Origin: an uncultured candidatus Porisulfidus sp. | GTDB lineage: Bacteria; Pseudomonadota; Gammaproteobacteria; Poriferisulfidales; Poriferisulfidaceae | Direction of reading: 5' to 3' | Length of the DNA: 64,000 nucleotides | Assembly (NCBI GenBank): GCA_965199755.1 | Contig: CBDASZ010000001.1 | Span: 480,001-544,000, forward strand | In this document: in pieces, positions 1 to 10,774 of the stretch | Layout: each line of letters opens with the position of its first letter | How positions within the stretch are numbered: position 1 is the first letter of the stretch | Made by a program: the position numbers and the translations under genes | The notes under the pieces: generated by a model | Databases searched by the model: none | Told to the model about the DNA's origin: nothing | What the model saw: only the letters and a program-made list of their open reading frames with translations

Positions 1-61
1 GGCGCACCTTCCCGGCAACCTTGTGTTAGTTCTGCCTTGCACCTTTTGGCGTTCTCTCATT

Positions 62-970
62 ATGATTAGACAGCATACTCTTCGACAGCAGATTTCCGCC
101 GAAGGCGTTGGGTTGCATAGTGGTGAGAAGATCACGATGTGGCTGCGTCCGGCACCGGTGAATACTGGTGTGGTAATTCGGCGTACTGATCAGGATCCGG
201 TGGTGCACATTCCCGCCCATCCGGACAATGTCTCGGCGACCCAGTTGTCGACCACCTTGTCTTGCGGCGATGTGCATGTATCGACTGTGGAGCATTTGCT
301 GTCCGCAGTATCCGGGCTGGGCGTTGACAACCTGTATGTGGATCTGGATGCGCGTGAAATCCCGATCATGGACGGCAGTTCCAACCCGTGGGTGTTTCTG
401 ATTCACTCCAGCGGCATTGTCGAGCAGGATGCGCCCAAGCAGTACATCCGCATTCGCAAGCCGGTGACCGTGCGTTCGGGTGCCAAGTGGGCGCGTTTGC
501 AGCCGCACGACGGATTTCGCGTCTCCTTCACCATCAATTTCAATAATTCGGTGATCAACAAGACTCCGTCTTCTGCCACTTTGGATTTGTCGAACACCTC
601 CTATATCAAGGAAGTGTCGCGGGCGCGCACCTTTGGTTTTCGTCAGGAAGTCGAGGCGCTGCGGGATCAGGGACTGGCGCGGGGCGGCAGTCTGGACAAC
701 GCGATTGTGATTGATGATCATCGCATTCTCAACGATGACGGTCTGCGTTACCCGGATGAATTTGTGCGCCACAAAATTCTGGACGCGATCGGTGATCTGT
801 ATTTGCTGGGCAATAGTCTGATCGGCGAGTTCGAAGGCCATTGTTCCGGGCATGAACTCAACTTGCGTCTGCTGCGCAAGCTGCTGGCCGATGAGTCGGC
901 CTGGGAGCGCATCAGTTTCGAGGACCGCGAGCAGGTCCCGCTGATCTTTGCGGAGCCGGCCACCGCCTGA
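62..970 (+). CDS. lpxC: UDP-3-O-acyl-N-acetylglucosamine deacetylase
   Basis: [29 protein letters not shown] and [11 protein letters not shown] motifs; ATG at 62 gives the canonical MIRQHTL start. Confidence 0.97.
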   Translation: MIRQHTLRQQISAEGVGLHSGEKITMWLRPAPVNTGVVIRRTDQDPVVHIPAHPDNVSATQLSTTLSCGDVHVSTVEHLLSAVSGLGVDNLYVDLDAREIPIMDGSSNPWVFLIHSSGIVEQDAPKQYIRIRKPVTVRSGAKWARLQPHDGFRVSFTINFNNSVINKTPSSATLDLSNTSYIKEVSRARTFGFRQEVEALRDQGLARGGSLDNAIVIDDHRILNDDGLRYPDEFVRHKILDAIGDLYLLGNSLIGEFEGHCSGHELNLRLLRKLLADESAWERISFEDREQVPLIFAEPATA

Positions 971-976
971 GCCGTG

Positions 977-1291
977 TCAATCCTGCCCTTTCCGATGCGC
1001 CGCCACTTGAACTTTGATTCGGCGCAAGGGGCACTCCAGTTGGTCCTTGAAGTCAGCGTTGACGCGCTTGAGCAGTTCGCGCTGCTGGTAATGAATCAGC
1101 GACGCGCAGTTGCCATCCGTAACCGTAACCGTCATGGTATCCTCCTTGACATGACTGCACCAGCATTCCGTCGCACCGTCATCGGCCAGTTGCGCGCGCA
1201 AGGTGCGGCTGATTTCCAGTTGCAGACGCAACGTCGCGACTAGGCGCTCATCGAGATGATCAAACAGGCGATTCACAGTACAGGACGGCAT
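977..1291 (-). CDS. dciA: DciA/DUF721 family protein (replicative helicase loader-like)
   Basis: C-terminal part of ORF 977..1567 (TMTVTVTDGNCASLIHYQQRELLKRVN...IKVQV) fits the DUF721 pattern; typical position between lpxC and M23/secA; start uncertain (1291 or 1321). Confidence 0.7.
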   Translation of the reverse strand: MPSCTVNRLFDHLDERLVATLRLQLEISRTLRAQLADDGATECWCSHVKEDTMTVTVTDGNCASLIHYQQRELLKRVNADFKDQLECPLRRIKVQVAAHRKGQD

Positions 1292-2206
1292 CTTGTCGGG
1301 GCCGCTTCTATTATCCGTCATGCGCTGCAGCGGTATGAATCGCGTCGCAATATAGGGCGTTTTGGCCTTGGCGTGATCGCCGTGGTGCTGGTCGGACAAC
1401 TGGTGGTGGTGGCCTATCATCAAGGCGGTTTGCATCAGCGCGATGACGTGCTGGCGCGCGTGGATGTGGCGCTGCACAGTCATGCGGATTCTCTGGAGCA
1501 ATTGCGCCGCGAGGAACAAACCCATACCAATGCATTGGCGCAGCAGGTGGCGCGCCTGCAGGCGCATATCACACGGCTGAACGCGCTTGGCATGGTGCTG
1601 AGCGATCTGGCCCAGGTGAGTTCGGATACGGCGTTTGACTTCAATTCGGAGCCAGGTCTCGGCGGGCGCATACCGACGGCCAGCGCCGAAGTCAGTGAAC
1701 AGGAACTGGCCGCGTCAGTCGCGACGCTGCATCATCAGGTGGAAGACAGCCAGTTGCGGCTTGAAATCCTGCGCGAATTGCTGCATCACCGTCACGTGAC
1801 GCAAGCCATGCGGCCAAGCAGTTGGCCGGTTCAGGGCGGCTGGGTGTCGTCTTATTACGGCATGCGCAAAGACCCGTTCCATGGCGGTCGGGCGTTTCAT
1901 CATGGTGTGGACATCGCCAGCACCCACCGGGCGCGTATTTACGCGGCCGCGCCAGGTCAAGTGGAATACGTCGGGCGTCGCAGCGGCTACGGCATCATGG
2001 TGGAGTTATCGCATGGCGACGGCTACCGGACCCGTTATGCCCATGCCAGCAAGATTCTGGTCAAGCCCGGACAATTCGTGGAGCGCGGTCAGGAGATTGC
2101 GCTAGTGGGTTCTACCGGACGGTCCACCGGTGACCACCTTCATTTTGAAGTGCTGCAAAACGGCAAAGCGGTCAATCCGTTAAATTTCCTTGCGGCGCGC
2201 CGCTGA
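1256..2206 (+). CDS. M23 family metallopeptidase (murein hydrolase)
   Basis: HHGVDIA, YAHAS and STGDHLHFEV M23 motifs; N-terminal TM helix and coiled coil; upstream of secA; true start probably downstream of 1256. Confidence 0.92.
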   Translation: MIKQAIHSTGRHLVGAASIIRHALQRYESRRNIGRFGLGVIAVVLVGQLVVVAYHQGGLHQRDDVLARVDVALHSHADSLEQLRREEQTHTNALAQQVARLQAHITRLNALGMVLSDLAQVSSDTAFDFNSEPGLGGRIPTASAEVSEQELAASVATLHHQVEDSQLRLEILRELLHHRHVTQAMRPSSWPVQGGWVSSYYGMRKDPFHGGRAFHHGVDIASTHRARIYAAAPGQVEYVGRRSGYGIMVELSHGDGYRTRYAHASKILVKPGQFVERGQEIALVGSTGRSTGDHLHFEVLQNGKAVNPLNFLAARR

Positions 2207-2254
2207 GGCGGGTTCGCCCCTTTATAATCTCGGTCTTATTCGACCGGTCTCCTG

Positions 2255-4951
2255 ATGTTTTCCGTACTCGCGCGAAAAGTCTTCGGCAGCCGCAACCAGA
2301 GAACCCTCAAGAAGCATCGACGCGCGGTGGCGCGCATCAATGCGCTGGAAGCGGAACTGCAAACCAGCACGGACGCGCAACTGCGCGCCCGCGCCGAGGC
2401 GTGCCGGGAGGCGATGCGTGACGGCGCGACGCTGGAATCACAACTGGAAGAAGTCTTCGCGCTGGTGCGGGAGGTAGCGCAGCGCAGTCTGGGCATGCGG
2501 CACTTCGATGTGCAGTTGATCGGCGGCATGGTGCTGCATGAAGGCGGCATCTCCGAGATGCGCACCGGTGAAGGCAAGACTCTGGTGGCGACCTTGCCGG
2601 CCTGTCTGCATGCGCTGGCTGGGCAGAGTGTGCATGTGGTCACGGTCAACGATTATCTGGCGCGGCGCGATGCCGACTGGATGCGCCCGGTGTACGTGGC
2701 GCTGGGGCTGAACGTGGGCGTGATCGTGCAGGGCTTGAATCAGCCGCAGCGTCGGGAAGCTTATGGCGCGGATGTGACCTACGGCACCAACAACGAGTTT
2801 GGTTTTGATTATTTGCGCGACAACATGGTATTCAAGGCCGAGCAGCGGGTCATGCGCGGCCAGGACTTCGCCATTGTCGACGAAGTGGACTCGATTCTGA
2901 TTGACGAATCACGCACGCCTTTGATTATCTCCGGGCCGACCGAGGACCGCACTGACCTTTATCACAAGATGGGCCGTCTGGTGCCCGCCTTGACGCCGCA
3001 AGAGGAAGAAGAAGGGCCGGGCGACTACCGCATTGATGAGAAGGCGCGTCAGGTGCACCTGACCGAAGACGGACACCACAAAGTGGAAGAATTGCTGGCG
3101 CGTGAGCAGTTGATTCCGCCCGGCGCAAGCCTGTATGAGGTCGGGCACATTCGCCTGCTGCACCATGTCAACGCGGCCTTGCGCGCGCAAACCTTGTTTG
3201 CGCGGGATCGCGACTACATCGTCTCCGAAGAAGGCAAGATCGTCATCATCGACGAGTTCACTGGGCGCAAGATGCCGGGCCGGCGCTGGTCGGACGGATT
3301 GCATCAGGCGGTGGAAGCTAAGGAGGGCGTGCCGGTTGAGACCGAAAACCAGACGGTTGCCTCGATCACCTTCCAGAATTATTTCCGGCTGTACGACCTG
3401 CTCGCCGGCATGACTGGCACGGCCGATACCGAAGCCTACGAGTTTCAGGAGATCTACGGACTGGACGTGGTGGTGGTGCCGACCCACCAGCCCATGGTCA
3501 GACAGGATTTGGGCGACATGGTGTTTTTGACCGAAGCGGAGAAGTATGAGGCGGTGCTCGAGGACATTCAGGAGTGCGTAGGGCGCGGCCAGCCGGTGCT
3601 GGTCGGCACCACCTCTATTGCCAACTCCGAACGTCTGGCCGGTATGCTCAAAGGTGCCGACATCGTGCATCAGGTGCTGAACGCGAAGTTCCATGAGCGC
3701 GAGTCGCAGATCATCGCGCAGGCCGGACGGCCGGGAACCGTGACCATTGCCACCAACATGGCCGGTCGCGGCACTGACATTGTGCTTGGCGGTGCACCGG
3801 AGGCTTTGGCGGAAGACGCGACAGCAGAGCAGCGTGCGGCGGCGGAACAGGACTGGCAGCAGCGGCATGAGAAGGTGGTCACAGCCGGCGGGCTGCACAT
3901 CATCGGCACCGAACGACACGAGTCCCGGCGCGTGGACAATCAGTTGCGCGGGCGTTCCGGGCGTCAGGGAGATCCGGGCTCCAGCCGGTTTTATCTGTCG
4001 CTGGAAGACAGCTTGATTCGCATCTTCGCGTCCGAGAAGATGGCGGCGTTGATGCAGCGTCTCGGCATGAAAGAAGGCGAGGTCATCGAACATCCCTGGG
4101 TCACCAAGGCGATCGGCAACGCACAGCGCAAGGTGGAGGCGCGCAACTTTGACATTCGCAAGCATCTGCTGGAGTTTGACAACGTGATCAACGATCAGCG
4201 CGGCGTGGTGTACGGCCAGCGCGATGCGATCATGGACGCCGAAGACCTGTCTGACAACGTGCGCACTCTTCGCGATGATCTGGTAGAGCGCCTGTTTCGG
4301 GAGCACATTCCCGCCGACAGCATGGAAGAGAACTGGAACGTTTCGGAGCTTGAACAGGTGCTGCACGAGACTTTCGGGCTGAACTTGCCGCTGCGTTCCT
4401 GGCTGGATGAGGAGCGCGAGTTGAATGACGCGGCTTTGCTGCAGCGGATTGAACCGCCGGTGGCGGAGTTGCTTGAAGCGAAGGAAAAAAAGATCACGTC
4501 ACCGGTCATGCGCCAGTTGGAGAAAGACTTGCTGCTGGCGACGCTGGATGGACACTGGAAGGAGCACCTGGCGCTAATGGATCACCTGCGCCAAGGCATT
4601 GGCCTGCGCAGTTACGCGCAGAAAAACCCCAAACAGGAATACAAGCGCGAGGCCTTCGCGATGTTCCAAGAGATGCTCGATCGCATCGAACACGACTTCG
4701 TGCAAACGCTCTACCTGATAGAACTGCGCTCAACGGAGGAACTCGGCACGCTGGAGAAGCCGGCCACGGCGGAGTCCGATCTGAACTATCAGGCCCCGTC
4801 CGCCGCGCCACCGCGATTGGCTCCCGCGCCTGCATCCGCCATCCCGGCTCGCCGCAGTACGCGCAAAGTGGGGCGCAATGAACCGTGTCCGTGCGGTTCC
4901 GGCAAGAAATACAAGCACTGCTGTGGCGCGCAGCAGCGCAAGACAGGATGA
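2255..4951 (+). CDS. secA: Preprotein translocase ATPase SecA
   Basis: [28 protein letters not shown] motifs and C-terminal [18 protein letters not shown] zinc site. Confidence 0.99.
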   Translation: MFSVLARKVFGSRNQRTLKKHRRAVARINALEAELQTSTDAQLRARAEACREAMRDGATLESQLEEVFALVREVAQRSLGMRHFDVQLIGGMVLHEGGISEMRTGEGKTLVATLPACLHALAGQSVHVVTVNDYLARRDADWMRPVYVALGLNVGVIVQGLNQPQRREAYGADVTYGTNNEFGFDYLRDNMVFKAEQRVMRGQDFAIVDEVDSILIDESRTPLIISGPTEDRTDLYHKMGRLVPALTPQEEEEGPGDYRIDEKARQVHLTEDGHHKVEELLAREQLIPPGASLYEVGHIRLLHHVNAALRAQTLFARDRDYIVSEEGKIVIIDEFTGRKMPGRRWSDGLHQAVEAKEGVPVETENQTVASITFQNYFRLYDLLAGMTGTADTEAYEFQEIYGLDVVVVPTHQPMVRQDLGDMVFLTEAEKYEAVLEDIQECVGRGQPVLVGTTSIANSERLAGMLKGADIVHQVLNAKFHERESQIIAQAGRPGTVTIATNMAGRGTDIVLGGAPEALAEDATAEQRAAAEQDWQQRHEKVVTAGGLHIIGTERHESRRVDNQLRGRSGRQGDPGSSRFYLSLEDSLIRIFASEKMAALMQRLGMKEGEVIEHPWVTKAIGNAQRKVEARNFDIRKHLLEFDNVINDQRGVVYGQRDAIMDAEDLSDNVRTLRDDLVERLFREHIPADSMEENWNVSELEQVLHETFGLNLPLRSWLDEERELNDAALLQRIEPPVAELLEAKEKKITSPVMRQLEKDLLLATLDGHWKEHLALMDHLRQGIGLRSYAQKNPKQEYKREAFAMFQEMLDRIEHDFVQTLYLIELRSTEELGTLEKPATAESDLNYQAPSAAPPRLAPAPASAIPARRSTRKVGRNEPCPCGSGKKYKHCCGAQQRKTG

Positions 4952-6141
4952 GTGACACGCACGCCATCGCCGGAGTACGTCTGGCGGCTGCTCGTGCCGG
5001 GCTGTATGCGTCGGATCGTCTGGACGTGGCGGTGCTGGAGTTGGCACCGGGCGCTGAGACGGCCGCGGTGTTCACGCTCAATCTTTTTTGTGCGGCGCCG
5101 GTGCAACTGGCGCGCGAACATCTGGAGCAGGAGCGACCGCGTCTGCTGTTGATCAACGCCGGATGTGCCAATGCGGGCACCGGCGCGCAAGGCATAGCGG
5201 ATGCGCAGGAGACCTGCCGCGCCGCGGCCATGGCGTTTGGGCTGGAGCCGCAACAAGTGCTGCCGTTTTCGACGGGCGTTATTGGTGAGCCGCTGCCCGT
5301 CGCGGCGATCAACGCGGCGCTGCCGGATTTGCATGAAGCGCTGACGGAAGAGGCATGGCCGGCGGCGGCTGAGGCGATAATGACCACCGACACGCACGCC
5401 AAAGTACACAGCCGTGATCTGCAACTTTCAGGCGGTCATATTCGGGTCACTGGTATGGCCAAAGGCGCGGGTATGATTTGCCCGGACATGGCGACCATGC
5501 TGGCCTTCGTAGCCACTGATTTGCAGGTGGAGGCAGAGCCTCTGCGCGCCACTTTGAATGCGGTGCTGCCGCATTCCTTTCATGCGATCACTGTGGACGG
5601 CGACACCTCGACCAATGATGCTTGCGTCTTGAGTGCGAGCGGGGCGAGCGGGATCGCATACGCGGATTTGAGCGTGGAGGATCGCGAGAGTTGGGCGGCG
5701 GCGGTACGCGACGTGTGCGTGGCGCTCGCTGAAGACATCGTGCGTGACGCCGAAGGGGCGACGCGCTGCATCCGTATTGAGGTGGAACAGGCCGCGTCCG
5801 ACGCGCAGGCGCAACGGGTGGCGCGGGCTGTCGCGCACTCGCCGCTGGTGAAGACGGCCGCGTTTGCAGGTGATCCGAACTGGGGACGCATTCTGGCAGC
5901 GGTGGGGCGCAGTGCGGAGGACATGCGCCTGGAAGCGGTCGAAATCTGGCTGGATGCGGTGCGCGTGGTGCGCGATGGCGGACGGGACCCGGACTACTTC
6001 GAACAGCAAGGAGTTGACGTGATGCAGCAGGATGCCTTCACGATTCGGATCTGTCTGGGGATGGGTGACTCTTCCGCAGTGATCACCACGTCAGATCTGT
6101 CTTACGATTACGTCAAGATCAACGCCGAATACCGGACCTGA
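4948..6141 (+). CDS. argJ: Bifunctional ornithine acetyltransferase/N-acetylglutamate synthase
   Basis: [32 protein letters not shown] and [10 protein letters not shown] motifs; ATGA overlap with secA stop. Confidence 0.96.
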   Translation: MSDTHAIAGVRLAAARAGLYASDRLDVAVLELAPGAETAAVFTLNLFCAAPVQLAREHLEQERPRLLLINAGCANAGTGAQGIADAQETCRAAAMAFGLEPQQVLPFSTGVIGEPLPVAAINAALPDLHEALTEEAWPAAAEAIMTTDTHAKVHSRDLQLSGGHIRVTGMAKGAGMICPDMATMLAFVATDLQVEAEPLRATLNAVLPHSFHAITVDGDTSTNDACVLSASGASGIAYADLSVEDRESWAAAVRDVCVALAEDIVRDAEGATRCIRIEVEQAASDAQAQRVARAVAHSPLVKTAAFAGDPNWGRILAAVGRSAEDMRLEAVEIWLDAVRVVRDGGRDPDYFEQQGVDVMQQDAFTIRICLGMGDSSAVITTSDLSYDYVKINAEYRT

Positions 6142-6145
6142 GATC

Positions 6146-7093
6146 GTGGGCGGGCAGCCGACTACGGTCGTGGCGGGGGCGCTCATTAGGCAGGCAGCGG
6201 ACGGATCGTCGCAGGTGTTGCTGGCGCAGCGTTATGCAGAGGCGCACCAGGGCGGCAAGTGGGAGTTTCCTGGCGGCAAAATGGAAGCCGGTGAGACAGC
6301 CGAACAGACGCTGGTACGCGAACTGCGCGAAGAGACCGGTATTGAAGCGCTGCGCTGGGAGCAATTGATTCGCTTCCCGTTCACCTATCCTGAATTTGTC
6401 ATGGATTTCGAGGTGTTCCGCGTGACCGAATGGCGCGATGAACCGCGCGCGCTGGCCTCACAAGAACTTCGTTGGGTCGCGCTGGATGCCTTGCGCGACA
6501 CGCCGACACCGCCCGCATCACAAGCGGTCATTCGCGCGCTGGAATTGCCGCCTCACTATGCGATCAGTGCGGATCCAGGAGACGATCATGAGGTTTGGTG
6601 GGCGGCGCTGGAGGCGACACTGGCGCGCGAGGTGCGTTTGCTTCAGTTGCGTATGCATGACTACCCATCGGATGACTTCGCGTCTTTTGCCGCACAGGTC
6701 ATTTCGCGCGTGCGCGCGGCGGGCGTGCGCATACTGCTGAATGCCGAACCGCAGCTGGCGCTGCGACTGGAGGCGGATGGTGTGCACCTGACGAGTCGAC
6801 GGTTGCAGCCGGGATTGCGCACGTTGCTTCCGCGGGATTTTCTCATTGGCGCGTCGTGTCACGATGCGCGTGAACTCGCGCAAGCACAGGCGGCGGATGC
6901 GGATTTCGCGGTGCTGTCACCGGTGTGCGAAGGGCACGCGGCATCGGTGCTGGGACTGGAAGGGTTCGCGGCGCTGGTGAATGAAGTAGCACTGCCGGTA
7001 TATGCGCTCGGCGGCATGCAGGATTCGGATCTCCCGGATGTGATCGCGCACGGCGGGCAGGGTATTGCCGCGATTCGCGGCTTGTGGGGCTGA
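6146..7093 (+). CDS. Nudix (MutT-like) hydrolase fused to a thiamine-phosphate-synthase-like domain
   Basis: Nudix box WEFPGGKMEAGE...RELREETGI plus ThiE-like LQLR, DGVHL, GASCH and VYALGG motifs. Confidence 0.92.
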   Translation: MGGQPTTVVAGALIRQAADGSSQVLLAQRYAEAHQGGKWEFPGGKMEAGETAEQTLVRELREETGIEALRWEQLIRFPFTYPEFVMDFEVFRVTEWRDEPRALASQELRWVALDALRDTPTPPASQAVIRALELPPHYAISADPGDDHEVWWAALEATLAREVRLLQLRMHDYPSDDFASFAAQVISRVRAAGVRILLNAEPQLALRLEADGVHLTSRRLQPGLRTLLPRDFLIGASCHDARELAQAQAADADFAVLSPVCEGHAASVLGLEGFAALVNEVALPVYALGGMQDSDLPDVIAHGGQGIAAIRGLWG

Positions 7094-7098
7094 GACGA

Positions 7099-7425
7099 TC
7101 AGCCGAATACAGTGCCGATAAAGTACGTGGTCAGATAAATGGCAAGCAGTCCCAGCATGGACAGCTGACACAGCGCGGTGATGAAGCTGCGTTTGTGGTG
7201 CGCGCTTGGGAACAGCGCCAGTCCAAATATCGGCGCGGCGAGTGCCGCGAGGGCAATCATCTGGACGCACAGGGTCTGGCAGCTGCGCTGATCAAAGTTG
7301 CCGGAAAGCATCTGATACACCAGCACGCTCGCCAATGCCCAACTGATGACGGCCGCGAATACCGGCCATGGGTGAATCCGCCCTCCGGCGCTGCTGGCAT
7401 AATACTTAGTATCCATTCCATTCAT
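7099..7425 (-). CDS. Small hypothetical membrane protein (about 3 TM helices)
   Basis: Hydrophobic 108-aa ORF filling the gap between neighbours; contains CQTLC. Confidence 0.55.
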   Translation of the reverse strand: MNGMDTKYYASSAGGRIHPWPVFAAVISWALASVLVYQMLSGNFDQRSCQTLCVQMIALAALAAPIFGLALFPSAHHKRSFITALCQLSMLGLLAIYLTTYFIGTVFG

Positions 7426-7472
7426 TCTACCTGAAGCCTGATGTCACCACGGAATAGCGTAGGGATGCCGCG

Positions 7473-7883
7473 ATGAATTTCAGTTCTCCAATTGAGGTCG
7501 AGAAGACGTTTTACGATGCCTTCTCACGACAGGACATGGATGTCATGATGAGCGTGTGGGCAGAGGATCGGCCGATTTACTGTATCCACCCCGGCGGCGT
7601 GCTGCTGACGGACCGCGCCGACGTGGCCGAGAGTTGGTCGCGCATTTTTCAGGCGAAGACACCGTTTCATTTTGAACTGGAATACTTCCATCGCGAAATC
7701 TTTGATCAAGTGGCCATCTCGCATCTGAGCGAGACCTTGTTTTTGCACAATCGCATGGTCGGCGTGGTGCTGGTCACCAACACTTACTATCAGACGCCTG
7801 AGGGATGGCGCATGATCATGCACCATGCTTCGCCGCAGCCGGAGTCGGAGGAGCCGTCACCGGAGATTCCGGTCTTTCACTAA
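7473..7883 (+). CDS. NTF2/SnoaL-like family protein
   Basis: FYDAFSRQDMDVMMSVWA, CIHPG and GWRMIMHHAS pattern. Confidence 0.85.
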   Translation: MNFSSPIEVEKTFYDAFSRQDMDVMMSVWAEDRPIYCIHPGGVLLTDRADVAESWSRIFQAKTPFHFELEYFHREIFDQVAISHLSETLFLHNRMVGVVLVTNTYYQTPEGWRMIMHHASPQPESEEPSPEIPVFH

Positions 7884-9045
7884 ATTCTTCCGGCAACAGA
7901 CTGACCGTGCGGCGGAAGTACTGCTGCGCCGCGTCATGTTCGCCCAGGTGTTCCAGCGTCAGCGCGATCTCTCGACACAGTGCGACGCTCATATCGTGAG
8001 CTTCCGCTTCCCGCAAGCACGTCAAAGCCTTTTCCCACTGCTGTAGTCGATTCAGCACGCGCGCCTTGGCGCGCAGCAGCGCGGTATGTTCGGGGTTCTT
8101 TTTCAGCCAGCGATTGATGTGCTGCAATAGCGCTTCGGGTTCGGATTGCGGTAGCTGCGAATACAGTGCCAGCAAGGCTTCATCCAGTTGCATGCTCAGT
8201 CGCTCACGAAGGTACGCTTCCAGTTGTGGCGTGTCATGTTGGGCGTGTTGCAGTCCCTGCAGGTACAACTGCAAGGCAGCCGGGTCATCACGTGCGGCTT
8301 CGAGTGTTCTCCACACGATATTCAGGCGTTCTGTGGTCGCTTTGGCGAGCAGCGGGCGCAGGGCAGTGCGCGCCCATTGCCGGGAGTCATCAGCCACGGC
8401 TCGCGCGGCCTTGCTTTGGCTGAGTTCCAGCAAGGGCATCCAGTTGTTCAGTTCCTGATAGCAACGCGCCCACTGGCGCAAGGAGCGGGGCTGCGTAGCG
8501 TCCTCAGGGGACATCTCCTGCAGTACCGCGAGGGCTTCTTCCCATTTTTCTGAGGCGATCAGTCCGTCGATGCGCAGCGCCGTGGCCACTGGCGCATAGT
8601 CCGATTCATCGGCGATCGCGCGCAGATGTTTGTCCCAAAGTTCGGGGTTGTTGGTTTGCACGCCGGAAGCGGCGGCCAGCAAGTGAAACAGCGGATGGCT
8701 CGGGTCGGTGTGCGCGGCCTGCTCCAGTTCCTTGTGCGCTTGCGCCTTGTCGCCGTGAAGCCACAGGCGCACGCCGCGGGTAAAGGCACGCTCGGCGCGG
8801 TTGTGTTTCAGATTCTGGTAGCGGGAATGCAGTCTCCCCGGTGCGCTCAGCAGATACGCCAGCGTCCACACCACGACAAAAAACCCCGAAAACACGCCAA
8901 TACCCAACAGTACCGCCATCAGCAAGGAGGCGCGCGCGCTGGTCTCACCGATGTGAAAGATGACCTCGCCGCCCTGAAACTGCGACAGCCAGGTGGCGAG
9001 CGCCGCACACAGCAGGGCCACAAAGGTCAGGGCCAGCAATCTCAT
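7816..9045 (-). CDS. hemY: HemY-like TPR membrane protein
   Basis: Two N-terminal TM segments, TPR-like helices, last gene of hemC-hemD-hemX-hemY. Confidence 0.8.
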   Translation of the reverse strand: MRLLALTFVALLCAALATWLSQFQGGEVIFHIGETSARASLLMAVLLGIGVFSGFFVVVWTLAYLLSAPGRLHSRYQNLKHNRAERAFTRGVRLWLHGDKAQAHKELEQAAHTDPSHPLFHLLAAASGVQTNNPELWDKHLRAIADESDYAPVATALRIDGLIASEKWEEALAVLQEMSPEDATQPRSLRQWARCYQELNNWMPLLELSQSKAARAVADDSRQWARTALRPLLAKATTERLNIVWRTLEAARDDPAALQLYLQGLQHAQHDTPQLEAYLRERLSMQLDEALLALYSQLPQSEPEALLQHINRWLKKNPEHTALLRAKARVLNRLQQWEKALTCLREAEAHDMSVALCREIALTLEHLGEHDAAQQYFRRTVSLLPEEFSERPESPVTAPPTPAAAKHGA

Positions 9046-10025
9046 TGCAATTGACTGCGCTCCAGAGAGTACTGCAGACCACTGAAGTCAATGGACGGCG
9101 GGAAGGGGTGTTGTTCGCTCAGTTTCTGCAGGTCCTGTTGCAAGGCAGGGTACTGTTCCTGCAAGGCCGGTTGTGCCAGCAGGCGGCGTGCTTGCGCGAG
9201 CGCCTGCGTGTAAGGATCAATGCGGTGCGCCTGCAAGGACAGTCGCGCCAGGTACAGTTCCGTCTGGATGGCGTAAAGATTCATGATGTGCTGGTATGCC
9301 GAGATGGTCTGCACGGCTTGCGGAGTGTCGCGCTGCACTTCCACATGCGCGCTGAAATGTTTCAGAAACGTGTCCCACAACTGCCCCCAGTCGTGGGCGG
9401 GGATGGTTTCGTTTTGCTGCACCAACTGGTCGTGCAGTGTGGTGATCTTCTCATTCAGCACCAGCCAGCTCGCGGTCAGAATACGGTGTGCGAACTCGGC
9501 TTCCTTGCCGGAATAGCCTTCCAGTGTCGCGATCGCGTCATCCAGCTGCTTGCCAAGCGTGTGAAAGCGCACCTGATCAAGGGTCGCCAGAATGCGCTGC
9601 GCTTGACGCAGGGCGCTCAGGGTGGCTAGAGAGTCCTGCAGATGGTTTTGCTTGTACTGCGCGATGCTGAGCAAAAACGCGACTTCCTCAATCGGATATT
9701 GCCGCGGGTCGCTGATCGGCTCGATCGGGTCGAGTTTCTCTTTCAGCAAGGTTTCGTAGGTGGCGTAGCGCACCCGCAATTCTTCGAGGAATTGATCGAC
9801 CAGTCCCTGCATGTGTTGTTGCTGACCCGACAGCGCAGTGACCTGCTGACGGATTTCCATTTGTGCGGCATGCACGGATTGATGCGATTCCAGTTGCCGG
9901 TCGCGCAATTCCTGAAAGCGGGTGTCGGAATCGATCCACAGCAGGTACAGCATGCCGCCAATGCCGAGCAGGCCCAGCCAGCCGACCGTGGTCAGGATCA
10001 GGATCAGTCGCGCCGTACGAGTCAT
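9042..10025 (-). CDS. hemX: HemX-like membrane-anchored coiled-coil protein
   Basis: N-terminal TM, EVAFLLSIAQ...ALRQAQRIL pattern, synteny. Confidence 0.78.
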   Translation of the reverse strand: MTRTARLILILTTVGWLGLLGIGGMLYLLWIDSDTRFQELRDRQLESHQSVHAAQMEIRQQVTALSGQQQHMQGLVDQFLEELRVRYATYETLLKEKLDPIEPISDPRQYPIEEVAFLLSIAQYKQNHLQDSLATLSALRQAQRILATLDQVRFHTLGKQLDDAIATLEGYSGKEAEFAHRILTASWLVLNEKITTLHDQLVQQNETIPAHDWGQLWDTFLKHFSAHVEVQRDTPQAVQTISAYQHIMNLYAIQTELYLARLSLQAHRIDPYTQALAQARRLLAQPALQEQYPALQQDLQKLSEQHPFPPSIDFSGLQYSLERSQLQ

Positions 10026-10774
10026 ACGGAGAAATAGTCCAGTAGCGCTTGCAACATCGCCTCATCCCCGGGATTGCGCGCCAGCGCGGCAACATGGGTG
10101 TAGCCCAGTTCGGCGCAGGCATCCCCAATGCGGCGGTTGCCTGCGATCAGCGCCTGCTCCAGTAGCAATTCGTGTTCTTCGGGAGCGACGCATTGCTTCA
10201 GGTTGCGCGCGATTTCCACACTGGTGATGCACACAGCTTGTGGCACCCCGTGTGGCAACTGATTGAAAGAGAGGGTGTGTTCGGGGAGGTCACGGTGATA
10301 GACACACAGATAGTCGACAGTCGCGCCCCGCCTGCGCAACTTCTCGGCCAGATATTCCCGGCCATCTTGTCCGCGCACAATGACAATGTGTTGTCCGTCC
10401 ACGGCGCACAGCGCATCGATGCGCAACAGGGCTTCACTATTGTAGGGGCTGGGCGCGTGTATGGAGGGGGCGTGGCCGATCTGCTCCAGTGCTTGCGCGG
10501 TGGCGGCACCAATCGCCGCCAGAGACGCCGTGCGGCACGCCGCGAAACCTTCACAGGCATGCAGCCCCTTCACGGCGTTGCCAGACACAAAAATAACCCA
10601 ATCTGCGTTGTTTAATACGGCGAGTTCCGTCCCCGACGGGTGCTGCAAGCGAATCTGCACGCCGGCGAAGCAGTCGACTTCAGCACCGAGGCTGCGCAAG
10701 CGCTCGGCGAAAATACTCGCCTGAGGCTCCGGGCGCGTTAGCAGAATCCGCCGGGTCTGCAGGGAGGGGGTCAT
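10022..10774 (-). CDS. hemD: Uroporphyrinogen-III synthase
   Basis: ILLTRPEPQ, IFVSGNAV, AIGAATA and RGQDGREYL motifs. Confidence 0.95.
   Translation of the reverse strand: MTPSLQTRRILLTRPEPQASIFAERLRSLGAEVDCFAGVQIRLQHPSGTELAVLNNADWVIFVSGNAVKGLHACEGFAACRTASLAAIGAATAQALEQIGHAPSIHAPSPYNSEALLRIDALCAVDGQHIVIVRGQDGREYLAEKLRRRGATVDYLCVYHRDLPEHTLSFNQLPHGVPQAVCITSVEIARNLKQCVAPEEHELLLEQALIAGNRRIGDACAELGYTHVAALARNPGDEAMLQALLDYFSV

Noticed and set aside
2909-4366. Long antisense ORFs, such as 485 aa opposite secA and 497 aa at 39245-40738 opposite the ABC binding protein
   Set aside because: Shadow frames of GC-rich genes with strong codon bias; no recognisable motifs
6146-7093. MutT-ThiE fusion as a novelty
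   Set aside because: Well-known fusion downstream of secA-argJ in many proteobacteria
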